Part shown: positions 11,915 through 24,655 of the stretch, piece by piece
Layout: each line of letters starts with the position of its first letter
Position numbering within the stretch: the stretch's first letter is position 1
Origin: Octopus vulgaris
Taxonomy: Eukaryota
Length of the DNA stretch: 64,000 bases
Direction: 5' to 3'
Assembly (NCBI GenBank): GCA_951406725.2
Contig: OX597838.1
Coordinates: forward strand, 16,616,001 to 16,680,000
Program-made: the position numbers and the translations under genes
Notes under the pieces: model-generated
Databases searched by the model: none
Told to the model about the DNA's origin: nothing
What the model saw: only the letters and a program-made list of their open reading frames with translations

Positions 11915-11962
11915 CATCATTATTATTATTATTATTATTATTATCAGTATTATTATCATTAT
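11354..11962. repeat. (ATT)n microsatellite, about 610 bp, imperfect
   Basis: direct reading. Confidence 0.98.
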
Positions 11963-13195
11963 TTGAAGTCCAAATAGAAAATAAAAAGATGTGACTATAT
12001 TTGCACTGACAGGAGTTTTAGAGAAGTTTTATGAAAGTCTAGTTATTTTCTATAGACCAGCATGCCTGCTTATAAATATATATATACATAACGATTAGAT
12101 GATGTTTAGCACCCAGGTCAACCGTGACTGAGTAGATTTTGTGGTCGAAAGCACTTCAGCGTAGATATCCCTTCCTTTTCGTGGTATGTAGGGCATTATT
12201 AAATATGTCATATCTTCGTTTAAGAAGGTATGTAATGCCATTGTAAGAGCGATTTGGCTGCTATTTCTAGCATGTCGAGCGGCCACGTAGAAGCCTTCTA
12301 ATAACGTACGTGCAGATAAAAAAGGAAAAGGTGATTTAAATAAAATAGAAACACAACTGATGGAAGTGTTTATGCGAGTTGGCAGAATAACTTTCAGACA
12401 TTTATTTCTTGAAAGAATTTCGCTCAAATTAATTAAATGACTATTTGCGGTTTGTTTCAACCAAAACATACCATGGTAATGCCACCAACGTTAAATGGCT
12501 TGTTTCGAGAATTACTAATAATTATCCTGGCAAGTAGTTGACATAGCTCGTCTGAAACTTTATGCTTTAGTCTATTTACGCTCACCATTCATTCAGAATA
12601 ACAAAACGTGCAATGTGACATTTGAAAGACATTTGGATGTTCATTAAAGATAGGAAGACATTAAGAAGACAAGCAGACGACACGAGTTTTCGTCAAACGA
12701 ACAGAATTCTATTCAAAAAAATGTATTTTAAACAAACATTTGAAACAGATTTTGTTTATGCCTCGAATATTTATTCCAATTCAATTGCTTTTTAATCAAA
12801 TGAAATAAAAAATAAAATAAAATAACCGTCTATTTTATGCGTGTATTAGAGCAAACTTGCCATAATTTCAGAAAAAATGACATGAACGACAGATGTTCAA
12901 TGAGAGGAGGAGGAGGAAAAAGAAGGCAGACGATAGCGATGTCATCATGAAAGAGATCTAAAAAAAATCGAAATAATGTTAGAATTGGTTCAGTGAGAAT
13001 TTACTGCCACACCATGGCGATCAATACAAGTAATATAGATTTCTTAGATCACAGGAGTTCAGATTTTGAAGAGTTGAGAAAGTATGTGTAAACATTCATG
13101 CCTTTCTAAGTGGTTAAAACAGCAAATGGAAGTCGAGTCGTGGACTTGACTTTACAGCCATAATTTTTTTTTTACTACATTACAGAAATTATTCT

Positions 13196-13357
13196 TACAT
13201 ACATACATACATACGTACATACATACACACACATACATACATACATACATACATACATACATACATGCATGCACATACATACACACATACATACATACCA
13301 CACATACATACATACATACATACATACCACACATACATACATACATTACATACATAT

Positions 13358-13438
<81 letters not shown>

Positions 13439-13520
13439 CTGACAGACAGATATATAGACAGACAGACAGACAGATATATAGACAGAGAGATATATAGACA
13501 GGCAGACAGATAGATAGATA
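13196..13520. repeat. compound (TACA)n/(GATA)n/(GACA)n microsatellite
   Basis: direct reading. Confidence 0.97.
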
Positions 13521-13719
13521 CGCGGGACTCTAAACTCCTTCATGGGGGTCATAACGCCACCATCGTGAAATAATATGTCTTGGTTTTCCCAAGAGAAGAA
13601 TCGACCATTGAACAAGACTGATACTTTATCGACCTTTGCAGGATTTGATCTCAGAGCGTTGTTGACAGCGAAGCAATAATAATGTGCCCACCACCATCGA
13701 TTTGTTTCCTCATATATAT

Positions 13720-14700
13720 GAGGACATTAATAAATGGATATTTCTTGATGAAATTTTCTACAAATACTCTTCAGATAGTGTAGATCCCGATTATATTGGA
13801 ATTTGTGATATTTTTTTCTTTTTCCGAAAGTGGGATGAGGAGTTTCGAAACATTTACATGAGTCGTCTGCTTCATCATAACTTTCAGAAAAATTGATATC
13901 TTTTAATGGAATTTTCTGCAAATACCTTTCAGACTACGATTATATCGTTATTTGATAAGAAAAAGGAAACTGGTGGACTTGTTACTCATAAATATTGACA
14001 CATCACAATTTTTTTTCCAAATTTCAAGTTTCATTTTATACATATATGTGATGTGTGCCATTATGTATGTGTATAAGTCGACCAATTTTTTTTCTTCGTA
14101 TTAAATTCCAAAATTTACACACTCTGAAAGGTATTTGTAGAAAATTTCTCAAATAAATCACCCATTTTTCAGAAAGTTATGAGGAAACAAAACCGACTCG
14201 TGAGAATTTTCCAAAATTCCTCACTCCACCCTCGGGAAATTTTTTTTTTTTTTTTTTTTTCACCAAAAATTCCAATACAACAGAATCTACATCATCTGAA
14301 GCATATTTGTAGAAAAATTCATCAAAAAATTCATCAAAATATATAAATTTTTCTGGGAGTTAAGAAGGGAATGAAAAACCGACTCGTGAGCATTTTCCGA
14401 GACTTCTCATTCCACTTTGGAAAAGAAATTTTCAGCACAAATTCCAGTATAATCGGAATCTACACCATCTAAAGCGTATTTGTTGAAAATTTCATTGAAA
14501 ATATCCATTTTTCTGGAAGTTATGAGTAAACAAAGTCGATGGGGTCACACTTGTATAGGTCTTAATGGTTCGGTTACCGAAAATATTTCAGAAAACAATT
14601 TTCACCATCTATTCCAATTTAATCGGAATCTACACCATCTGAAGCGTATTTGTAGAAAATTTCATTGAAAAAATATCCCATTTTTCTGGAAGTTGTGATG
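13720..14700. repeat. diverged 170-180-bp subrepeats in both orientations (foldback-like)
   Basis: motif ATCTGAAGCGTATTTGTAGAAAATTTCAT..TTTTCTGGAAGTTATGAG about 4x forward (14100-14700) and 2x reversed (13720-13960). Confidence 0.7.
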
Positions 14701-15164
14701 GGGGCATATTTATGTAGGTATGCCCTAATTTGGTGATTTCTCATAGCTTGCAAGGATTAAAGTTTCTGCTATTGCTGTCTCTAGTATTATGACGAGGGGA
14801 TCTTGTGAAAAACAAACAAGCAAATTGGGGGGGTTTTTTGGTCCATTGTTGCGATTTTTAGACAACACAATTCTCACAATTCACAAGAAAGATCCCTAAT
14901 CGTTTTAGTCGCAGAAAGAACAGCGCACTTGACCCATTCCAAGATACTCATAGCTTGGGTGTAAACAACCCAGACTTTCTCAGACCAACACATTTTAATA
15001 TCTTTAAAAAGAGGAAATATTGATGATATATACGAGTATGTGTGTGAATATGTATAAATGCGTATATATATATATATGCGTGTCTGTGCATAGAGACAGA
15101 TGGACTGTTATAACTACAGAGTATATATATATTGGCTAAACTGGCAAAATGACCATTCCTAAAT

Positions 15165-15169
<5 letters not shown>

Positions 15170-15252
<83 letters not shown>

Positions 15253-15413
15253 TATATATATATATTTATATATATATCTCGCACATATATATATATATAT
15301 ACACATATATAAACATACATATATACAAATAGAGATATATACACATACATGTATATACACTACATACAAACAAGCACACAAATGTAAATACATATATATA
15401 TATATATATACAT

Positions 15414-15470
<57 letters not shown>
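15170..15470. repeat. (TA)n/(GA)n/(CA)n compound microsatellite
   Basis: direct reading. Confidence 0.97.
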
Positions 15471-15472
<2 letters not shown>

Positions 15473-15871
15473 TAAGGGGGAAGAGACTAAATATGTATTT
15501 GAGTTTATATATTTAAACATTGATTGTGGAAGAGAAAATATTTTTGATCATAATAAAGTCAGCTGAATCACATCTGACTTGGATCTAAAAAACACAAGAA
15601 ATCTATAATATCTTATTTATAACAACATAATCACTATTTATCTTCAAAATATTGAACGAAAAATCTTGTGTTTGTTTGTTTGCAGGAAAAACATATTTAA
15701 AAAGAGAGAAAAAAAATGTTTTAAATTCTTTCAAAAATTTTGTTAAGCATTTTGCTTACAATTTCAATGATTGAAATTTCATTATTTAATGGTTGTTTTT
15801 TTTTTTTTTTCAAATTAAACTGGAACTAAATATTATTTACATCGTGGAAAATGAATGACTATTAGACATTT

Positions 15872-16041
15872 GGCGATCTTTTGTCTCTAGTAGACCTTTC
15901 CGTCGATTTCCGTAAAAAAATTTTTTTTTTTTTTTTACATATGGGCTTGCGGGAACTTTTGAAGTAATGAGAGCGAAAGAGACTAAGAGAAAGCGATTGT
16001 ATGACGATGGAATTTCTTTTGAAGTTATCGAAGCATTGATG

Positions 16042-16072
<31 letters not shown>

Positions 16073-16305
16073 TTGATGGGGTGTGGGAGACAGACAGTAT
16101 GTTGTGTAAGTGAAGTGCTCCTGTTAGTGTGTGTGAAGAGACAGAGAGAGTAATGTGTGAAAGAAAGAGATAACTGAAATTTTTTACTCGGTGTATGTGT
16201 ATATGTATGTATATTACTTCAAAAGTTCCCGCAAGCCCATATGTAAAAAAAAAATATTTTTTTACGGAAATCGACGGAAAGGTCTACTAGAGACGAAAGA
16301 TCGCC
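15872..16305. mobile_element. long-TIR MITE (GGCGATC...GATCGCC), copy 1
   Basis: about 95-bp near-perfect TIRs; same family at 40199 and 42083; no TSD in this copy. Confidence 0.92.
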
Positions 16306-16468
16306 TTTTCACTTTCTGGTTTTATTTATTTAAAAAAAAAAGGCCTTACAATCATTGACACAATTCCACTGGCTCTGGAATTGTGTCAGGTTGTATTATT
16401 GCGTGAGACGAAAGAAACATTTTTAGACAGTTTAAAAATAAAAGTAAAAGTGAAAATACAATGGTTTT

Positions 16469-16501
<33 letters not shown>

Positions 16502-16709
16502 TATAAATAGTCATTTTCCCACGATGTTTTCTGACAACTGGTTTCATTTTTGAACACATCGATCTTCAGATCAAAAGCCACTTACTTGCCAAGCAACTCC
16601 GGAAAATGTGTTGTTTAAAAGCGGCGATTATGAAATGGGCAAAAAGAGAAGAACATCACCACGAGACGAAATGGCCAAGATAAGACAAAACAGATTGAAT
16701 AAGGAAACG

Positions 16710-17145
16710 TGTGAGAGAGAGGGAGAGAGAGGGAGGGAGTAAGAGAGAGAGGGAGCGAGAGAGTGAGAGAGAGGGAGCGAGAGGGAACGAATAAGAGAGG
16801 GGGAGAGAGTAAGAGAGTAAGAGAGTAAGAGAGAGTAAAAGAAAGGAAGAGAGTGTGAGAGAGGGAGAGAGTAAAAGAAAGGAAGAGAGTAAGAGAGAGG
16901 GAGCGAGTAAGAGAGAGGGAGCGAGTAAGAGAGAGGGAGAACGTAAGAGAGAGGGAGAAAGTAAGAGAGAGGTAGAGAGTAAGAGAGAGAGGAGAAAGTA
17001 AGAGAGAGGGAGAGAGTAAGAGAAAGGGAGAGAGTAAGAGAGAGGGAGAGAGTAAAAGAAAGGAAGAGAGTAAGAGAGGAGAGAGGAAGAGAGGGACATG
17101 ATAAGAGAGTGGGAGAGAAAGAGAGAGAGAGAGAGGTAGAGAGAT
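16710..17145. repeat. purine-rich minisatellite, about 18-bp unit GAGAGTAAGAGAGAGGGA
   Basis: direct reading. Confidence 0.9.
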
Positions 17146-17343
17146 AAATTTTTTTCTTTTATCTTTTCTTATCTCTCTATTTTTCTTATTTCCTTAATAA
17201 TTTAACTGTTTGAACAATCTTAATTGATTGAAGTTGTTTTTCCAACTCGTGCTGTATTACATATGTGAAATTAAACCATATTTGTAAGCATAATAATAAT
17301 TAAAAAAATATATATTCCATGAGAAATATTTGAGGTAACTTAC

Positions 17344-17623
17344 GGTTTCGGGTAAAAAGGACATCGACCGATTGCAAGACGGAAGACAATAGTGATGAGG
17401 AGAAGAGTTGGAGGAGAAGGAAGAGGTACTGATGAATGAAAGGGGTCTTCTTCGTGCCCCCCCCCCCCCACCACCACCACATACTACCATCGCTACCACT
17501 TGGTCGACCCTGGTCCAATGGGCCCGGAGAAGAGCATGCTAATCTCTGGGCCGTTCCAGTTTTAGAATATGTACTACGACCCGATGTAGATTTGTGGATC
17601 AAAGGCGCTCCTGCCATGATCAT
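17344..17623 (-). CDS. candidate first coding exon with a signal-peptide-like segment
   Basis: unique GC-elevated sequence; 93 codons from ATG; hydrophobic YLFLLLQLFSSSLLSSVLQSV; phase-1 donor AAC C|GTAAGT; frame crosses a C13 homopolymer. Confidence 0.42.
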
Positions 17624-17721
17624 CTATCTAATTCGTGATAGTAATTTCCCATTTGATGTTCGTAAAATCGAATTTGCTTTAGTTTCAGTTTCATTTCAAC
17701 TCGATTAGCATATTTTGTGAA

Positions 17722-18035
17722 TTAGTTAGGGTTAAGGGTTGGGGAAGGGTATCTTTTTTTTATTCACAAATGTAAATAAACCCAATCTGTTTCTTAAAGG
17801 AGGGACATATTCATTATGCACAGAATGTTATTTACCTAAATGGACTCCAGTGATTGGTTAAAATTGCCGAAATGCAAGTAATTTCAGACGAAATATCTTA
17901 CAAACTATATAATTTTCTCAATAAAGTCAAGAGAAAATGATGTTTTATAAACACATTCTACCAGTATACGAAGTTTAAAACTTTTTAGTTACTTAGAAAT
18001 TATGTTACAAAGTGCCGTTCAAAAGGAAAAGATCC
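17722..18035. mobile_element. partial GGATC-terminal MITE
   Basis: ends GCCGTTCAAAAGGAAAAGATCC; internal similarity to 38887-39258; another end at 19830-20031. Confidence 0.75.
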
Positions 18036-18238
18036 CTTTATTGCCCACAAGGGGCTACACACAGAGGGGACAAACAAGGACAGACAAACGGATTAAGTCG
18101 ATTATATCGACCCCAGTGTGTAACTGGTACTTGTTTAATCGACCCCGAAAGGATGAATTTGAACTCGGAACGTTGCGACAGACGAAATACTGTTAAGCAT
18201 TTCGCTCGGCGTGCTAACGTTTCTGCCATCTTGCCGCC
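18036..18238 (-). mobile_element. SINE family B, internally deleted
   Basis: reverse-complement match to 8768-9000. Confidence 0.88.
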
Positions 18239-19078
18239 TTAGTTAGCTATATACCAGCTAAATCAATATATTACAACTCGTTTTTCACATCAAAATATTT
18301 AGGGTATTGTTCCAAATCAAAGGAAACCAATAGTTCTCTTTACTTCACAAGCCCTGATTCCCGACTGAAACGATTTTCTCTTTTATTTGCTCTGCTAATG
18401 CATTGGAGAAAACCATTAATGTTACCTAATCTCACCTCGTGTTTAAACACGATCTCTTAAGCGTAAGAAATCAATATCCACCGCTTAAAATTTGAGAATG
18501 TTTGCCCATACTAGAAATTAATATCTACTAATGTAGATATGATAGAGAAATAAATTCTTTCCAAACAAAATAAAATGACCCCCTAGTAAGAGTAGTTTAT
18601 AGTTCCAATGATTTCTTGGAAGTCGTTAGGAAGCTAAGAAATTCTTACCTTCCGCAAGTGTTTAATGTGATGCAAATTAAGTGGAACTATTCCAAGAGGA
18701 ATTACACTGTCATGTGAACAACATCAATGAGATCCATGACAGCCATGGTATTTCCCCAACAGACCCATTACTATTTTTAAAAATCGGAATTACCAAAAAC
18801 TTAAAATCTATATTATGAATGATAGGTGAGAGTTAGTTAGTGGGTCGTTGAATACACACTCCAAAGAAAACAACCTTCCATATTTCGGCGAGTTATATTC
18901 GCTGATTTTGAAATATTCATACGTGAGCAATAATTTTAATGTGGCTCTTGAGTTTTTGTAGATTAACGACTGAGTATTTCTTGAGTCTAAAGAGAAATCC
19001 CACATTGCAGTGTGGACACTGTTACAGAGATGGAATCACTATAAAGGATCATTAAAAGATTGTGAGGACTAGAGTTTC

Positions 19079-19329
19079 TAAGGTCTTTGGAAAATTTTGT
19101 GTCGTTCATAACTAGAGAAAGTGAAGTACATGTCTGTTTTCAACAAATGTGTAGTGATAGTGTACTATAAAAGGAGTTTGCTATCATCTCCTTGTTGGAA
19201 AATGTTCAAGGATATGATAGCAAACTCTCTTTTTATAGTACAAATACACTATCACTACACATTTGTCGAAAACAGACATGTACTTCACTTTCTCCGGTTA
19301 TGAACGACACAAAATTTTTTAAGACCTTA
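19079..19329. repeat. long palindrome, arms about 115 bp with a 12-nt loop
   Basis: TAAGGTCTT...CTCCTTG / CAAGGAT...AAGACCTTA; few mismatches. Confidence 0.92.
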
Positions 19330-20754
19330 TATGTGCTAAGTCGGTTAGTAAATTGTTGTAAACAATGATAGTTGCTATAGAAACCGGAAGGGACTATAGT
19401 GACATCCCATAATTTCATGTAAACAATGTCTGTTATGACCAATATATATATAACGTACATATATTGACGGAGTTCTGGTTTAAGTGCTCTATATAAGTCC
19501 TTCATTACTTTTTTTATTTTTTGGGGAATTTTCAGAAAATTTGTGATCCACACACGAGAATTCATATGATTATGAGGAAAAAAATTGTATCTGGTTTAAG
19601 GGTGATTTAGCTGTTATTTTTAACGCCTCTCACGACCGCTTGATACCTTCGTTTCTTTGTCACCCTGACATGTATTGATATTTTTAAATATTTTCTCCCA
19701 ATAAACGCATTTAATAGAATGATGATGAACCTAAAGGTGGTCCATTGCTGGGATTTAAGCAAAAAATTCGAACTATTCGAACTTCGAACTCTTATATTTA
19801 AAAAAAATTCGAAAAAAGTGTGACTATTAGGATTTGGCAGTTTTCAACACAATTTCTAGTTAACTAAACACTTTTAGTTAAACTACGTTAAACTTACAAA
19901 TTACAATTTTCTCAAGAAAGCCAAAAGAAAAAAATGTTTTATTTTGACACATTCTACCGGTATACGAAGTTTAAAAGTGTTTAGTGAACTAGAAATTGTG
20001 TTGAAAACTGCCGTTCAAAAGGAAAAGATCCTAGCCTCTACTTAAATATATTATAAAATGTTTTTTCCTGTTTACAACAGACTATTTTCAGATTACTTCC
20101 ATCCATTCAGTGAATGTCATTATTTTGATGACTGGTCGCTGGTTTTGACCAAAAATAGCAAAGATAATTCTTCAAAAATCAGGTCAGCTGACACATCGAA
20201 TTTCCATCAATAACAAGAGCCAGTCAACATGTACGTTGTTGCGATCACTTATTTCAACCAAATTCTTCTAGCATGTACGTCAGCGTGTTTCAAACTTTAT
20301 TCTCAGTTATTACGATATTATAAAATGTCGTTGTTTACATGAACTAGCAGAACGAAAAAAAAGGAAATATTGTTGCAATTACAGCTCTATGCTCTATGCT
20401 GCATTGCAATGATTGGATTCACTCATTCATAATCCCACTTTCTATCATTCCTACTTAACATATCATTACTAGATACTAAACAGAACACCAACAGACATAC
20501 GTTGGGAAAAAGTTCTTATCAGCTCTTCAGATACAGGCCGTAAAGAATGCTCTCTCTCTCTCTCTCTCTCACAAAGAATATTCATAAATACATCAACATA
20601 TAATCATAAGACACATTGTCATGTTATATTATCACTTGAAATGTGTTCGATTGCTTATTAATTTCCTCTCAGACGTTTTAATGAATATACAAACTCTACC
20701 ATGTTTTGTAAAGGTGAATTCCTTCATTTATCTAAGCTAGAACATGGATGTATA

Positions 20755-21159
20755 CTCTTTTTTACTCTTTTACTTGTTTCAGTCATTTGACTGCGGTCAT
20801 GCTGGAGCACCGCCTTTAGTCGAGCAAATCGACCCTGGGACTTATTCTTTGTAAGCCCAGTACTTATTCTATCGGTCCCTTTTGCCGAACCGCTAAGTGA
20901 CGGAGACGTAAACACACCAGCATCGGTTGTCAAGCAATGCTAGAGGGACAAACACAGACACACAAACATATACATTCACATACATACATATATACGACAT
21001 GCTTCTTTCAGTTTCCATCTACCAAATCCACTCACAAGGCATTGGTCGGCCACAGGCTATAGCAGAAGACACTTGCCCAAGATGCCACGCAGTGGGACTG
21101 AACCCAGAACCATGTGGTTGGTAGGCAAGCTACTTACCACACAGCCACTCCTGCGCCTA
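20755..21159 (-). mobile_element. SINE family A
   Basis: full-length reverse-complement copy. Confidence 0.9.
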
Positions 21160-21814
21160 TATATAACTTTCTTGTTTAATTTATTGATCATTCTTGTCTT
21201 CAGTCTGTGCTGACTTTTGAATTGCATTTAGTTTATTACATGCTTTCCTTGGAGCAGCAGTTCTTGTTTTCCTTACTCCATTCTTACGTAACTAAAATAT
21301 GTGTACGATATATTTGGTTTTATTGAAATAACATAATGATAATTGATGGGTTAACATCTACTAACATTATTTTCATCTTAATCTGCAGTTATGAATTTGT
21401 GCTTCTTCTTTCTGAATTAAATATAGTGAATTATTCTGTTGTGTCTGGGGAGAGAGTCATTTTCTTTTTGTGCCTTATAACTTAACACTTTCAAGACTAT
21501 TGAAAAGGTTGCAAGACGCAACGAAAATTTTAGGAAAATAAAAATAAGAAAAAAGTGGAAATTTTACCGGTGAGTGTGTTTAATAATACAGAAGCAGAAG
21601 AATTTTAAAACCATCCCAAAACGTACTGAAATTTATGTCAATTGGACCACTTGTATGCATGGAAAAAAACCACAATTTTAGTAGAAATACCGTCAACCCT
21701 TCCTCCCCTGAAAGTTTGCCATCCCTTTTCCTGAATCCCTGATATGTAACATGACAATAACAAAAATTATATAAGAAATTATTTATTCACAAAAGCATTT
21801 TATTTGCAGCAAAG

Positions 21815-22035
21815 TAACCAGCTTTTCTATGTTCAGCTCTGTTTTGGAGAGGACAGCCCTCATTTCTGGTGTGACATCCAGTTGATTCCATGACTTTGTT
21901 TTGAAGGCAAGGAAAGTGGAAAACACGGTCTCACACTCATAGGTGGTTCGAAATAGCATCAGTACTTTAAGAGCCATCTTTGCGACATCAGGATATGACC
22001 GTGCCATTTCAATCCAAAAGTCACCGACTAGGCAT
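21815..22035 (-). pseudogene. hAT (Buster/Charlie-like) transposase C-terminal dimerisation domain relic
   Basis: FWIEMARSYPDVAKMALKVLMLFRTTYECETVFSTFLAFKTKSWNQLDV fits FW...YP.L...A...L..F.TTY.CE..FS. Confidence 0.85.
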
Positions 22036-23071
22036 AGCAATCCAAACTCCCTCAAATTATACCCTATCATCAAAGAGAAGGATATATCGCTCACTATGGT
22101 TTCTAATATGCAAAAGGTTAAGATAGTTTTACTAGCCTCCATTATTGAACTTTGACCAAGCTGGAGCACTGCTTTCAAGAGTTTTAGTCGATCATAGTAA
22201 CACAAGTACTTGTTTCAGTTTCACGTTTATTTTATCATTTTCTAATTATTGAACTGTTAAGTTAAAGGACATTCACTGCGTTATTCATTTTCTATCACAT
22301 TCATGTGAATTCCATTAAATATAAGCCCTGTCACCAGGGCCATTTTCAAGTATCATTAAAATATCATTAAAATATTATTAAAATATTATTCATGGATCAA
22401 GAGCTCTAGTGCTACACCACCTACAGCACTTCCTTAAAATAGCACTGCTTGTGTGACTCTAAGGTTTGGTGAAACTCAGGCAGGGAAGAAGGGAGATAAT
22501 CTACTTTATCTTAAAGGGGGTCAGATCCTTTAAGATGTACTTGTGATAAAGAATTATCAGTTAAGGTACAAATCTTACAACACAAATGTCCCATCATCTG
22601 TCTGTTTAACTAAAAATAGTAACATGTCAATTGAATTTTTTAAATTCTTTCTAGAGTAAAAAGCCAGTACAGTAACAAGTAACAGCTTGCAGAAAGCTAG
22701 TGAATAGCAAAAGATCTGAGTCAATTCTCACATGCACGCACGCCACACACACTCCTGAACCTAAGCAACAACAACAGATGTTCTAGTTTATCTGACCTTC
22801 AAGCATACTCCCCCACACTCTATTCTAAAGAACAATAATTGTTCTTTCATATACACATACATACAGATATCTTTTATCTTTCACTTGTTTCTGTCATTGG
22901 ACAGTGGCCGTCAAATGAATTGACCCCCAGTATTTGTTTTTTTTAAAACCTGGTACTTATTCTATTGGTCTTTTTTGCCAAACTGTTAGGTTATGTAGAT
23001 GTAAACTTTACGTTAGTTGTCAAGTGATGGTGGAGGACAAACAAGGACACACACACAAATACACACATATA

Positions 23072-23638
23072 TTGGGTTGTCCGGAAAGTTTGTGCCGATT
23101 TTTAAAGGAAAGAAAAAGGTCAATAAATACTTGCCATTACATTTTTAATCAACCAAATATGAACCATTTTGTTGCACAATGCGTCTCCATCTTTCCTTTA
23201 ACTTGAAAATACCCTCTTCTCAGAATTGAGGTGGTTTCATGGCAAAAAAATTCATCAAGGTATCTTTTTATGTCATCCAAGGAATTGAAATTTTTACCAT
23301 TAAGACTATTCTGCAGAGACCTGAATAAGTGGAAATCTGAAGGAGCAATATCTGGAGAATATGGAGGGTGGGGTAACACATCTCAGCTGAGCTGCAGCAA
23401 TTTTTGTCTGGTTCCCAAAGCATCAAGTGCCGAAAATGATCTTTCTTATCTTCCATTTTAAAGGGTTACAGAATTAACACAGGTTATAGGAACATAAACC
23501 TTCTTCTATGAAAAGATAGCTTAAACTGTGCTCTAAATGGAGGTGTAGTCAAATCCTATTTTATGAACTCAACCATGTTCTAAAATAAGTCGAAAGATAA
23601 GCTACTATATATCGGCACAAACTTTCCGGACAACCCAA
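23072..23638 (-). mobile_element. internally deleted mariner transposon
   Basis: perfect TIRs TTGGGTTGTCCGGAAAGTTTGTGCCGAT, TA flanks; N-terminus MEDKKDHFRHLML joined to C-terminus PHPPYSPDIAPSDFHLFRSL. Confidence 0.95.
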
Positions 23639-24082
23639 TAGAAACATATTTACCTGTATATAGATGATATCTATGCATTTGTGTCAGTATTGCAGTACAT
23701 GATTGATTACTTTTTGCCAAACATAGTATACGAGGTATGTTATGCAACAGTGTCTAAAGTGGTTCTCTTCAATGGTTTAACACTCCAGTTTTTTATAACT
23801 CCAAGCAAAGCTTCTAGAATATTTGGAAATACAATTTGGCAGGAATTTACTTAATTTTCCTTTTAAGACAACATCACTAATTTCGCAAGCACTTGTATGG
23901 GCGCCTGATAAATGTGCTTATGCCAGTGTCACATGAAAAGAACCCAGCACACATTGTAAAGTGGTTGACATAAGGAAGGGCATCCAGTCATAGAAACCAA
24001 GCCAAACCAGATTTGAACCTGATGCAGCTCTGGTCAAACTGTCCAACCCATGCCATCACAGAAAGCAGATGTTAAAGAATAA

Positions 24083-24246
24083 CAGTGGCTGTGTGGTAAG
24101 TAGCTTGATTACTATCCACATGGTTCCGGGTTCAGTTCCACTGCGTGGCACCTTGGGTATGTGTCTTCTACTATAGCCTTGGGCCGACCAAAGCCTTGTG
24201 AGTGGATTTGGTAGACGGAAACTGAACGAAACCCGCCGTATATATG

Positions 24247-24277
<31 letters not shown>

Positions 24278-24387
24278 CATCATCATCGTTTAGCATCAGT
24301 TTTCCATGCTGGCATGGGTTGGACGGTTCAACTGGGGTCTGGGAAGCCAGAAGGCTGCACCAGGCCTTCTGGCTTCCCAGACCCCAG

Positions 24388-24419
<32 letters not shown>

Positions 24420-24655
24420 TTATATGTACATGTGTGTATATGTTTGTGTGTCTGTGTTTGTCCCCTAACATCGCTTGACAACTGATGATGGTGTGTTTAC
24501 ATCCTCGTAACTTAGCGGTTCGGCAAAAGAGACTGATAGAATAAGTACTACGCTTCCAAAGAATAAGTCCTGGGGTCGATTTGCTTGACTAAAGGCGGTG
24601 CTCCAGCATGGCCGCAGTCAAGATGACTGAAACAAGTAAGAGAGAGTAAAGAGTA
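24083..24655 (+). mobile_element. SINE family A with a folded family C fragment in its (TA)n tract
   Basis: A 5' half 24083-24245, C fragment 24277-24388, A 3' half from about 24430. Confidence 0.85.

Noticed and set aside
16656-17099. 147-aa Ser/Leu/Pro ORF
   Set aside because: Translation of the 18-bp purine minisatellite
19760-19815. Repeated TTCGAA as a heat-shock element
   Set aside because: Spacing does not fit the nGAAnnTTCn periodicity
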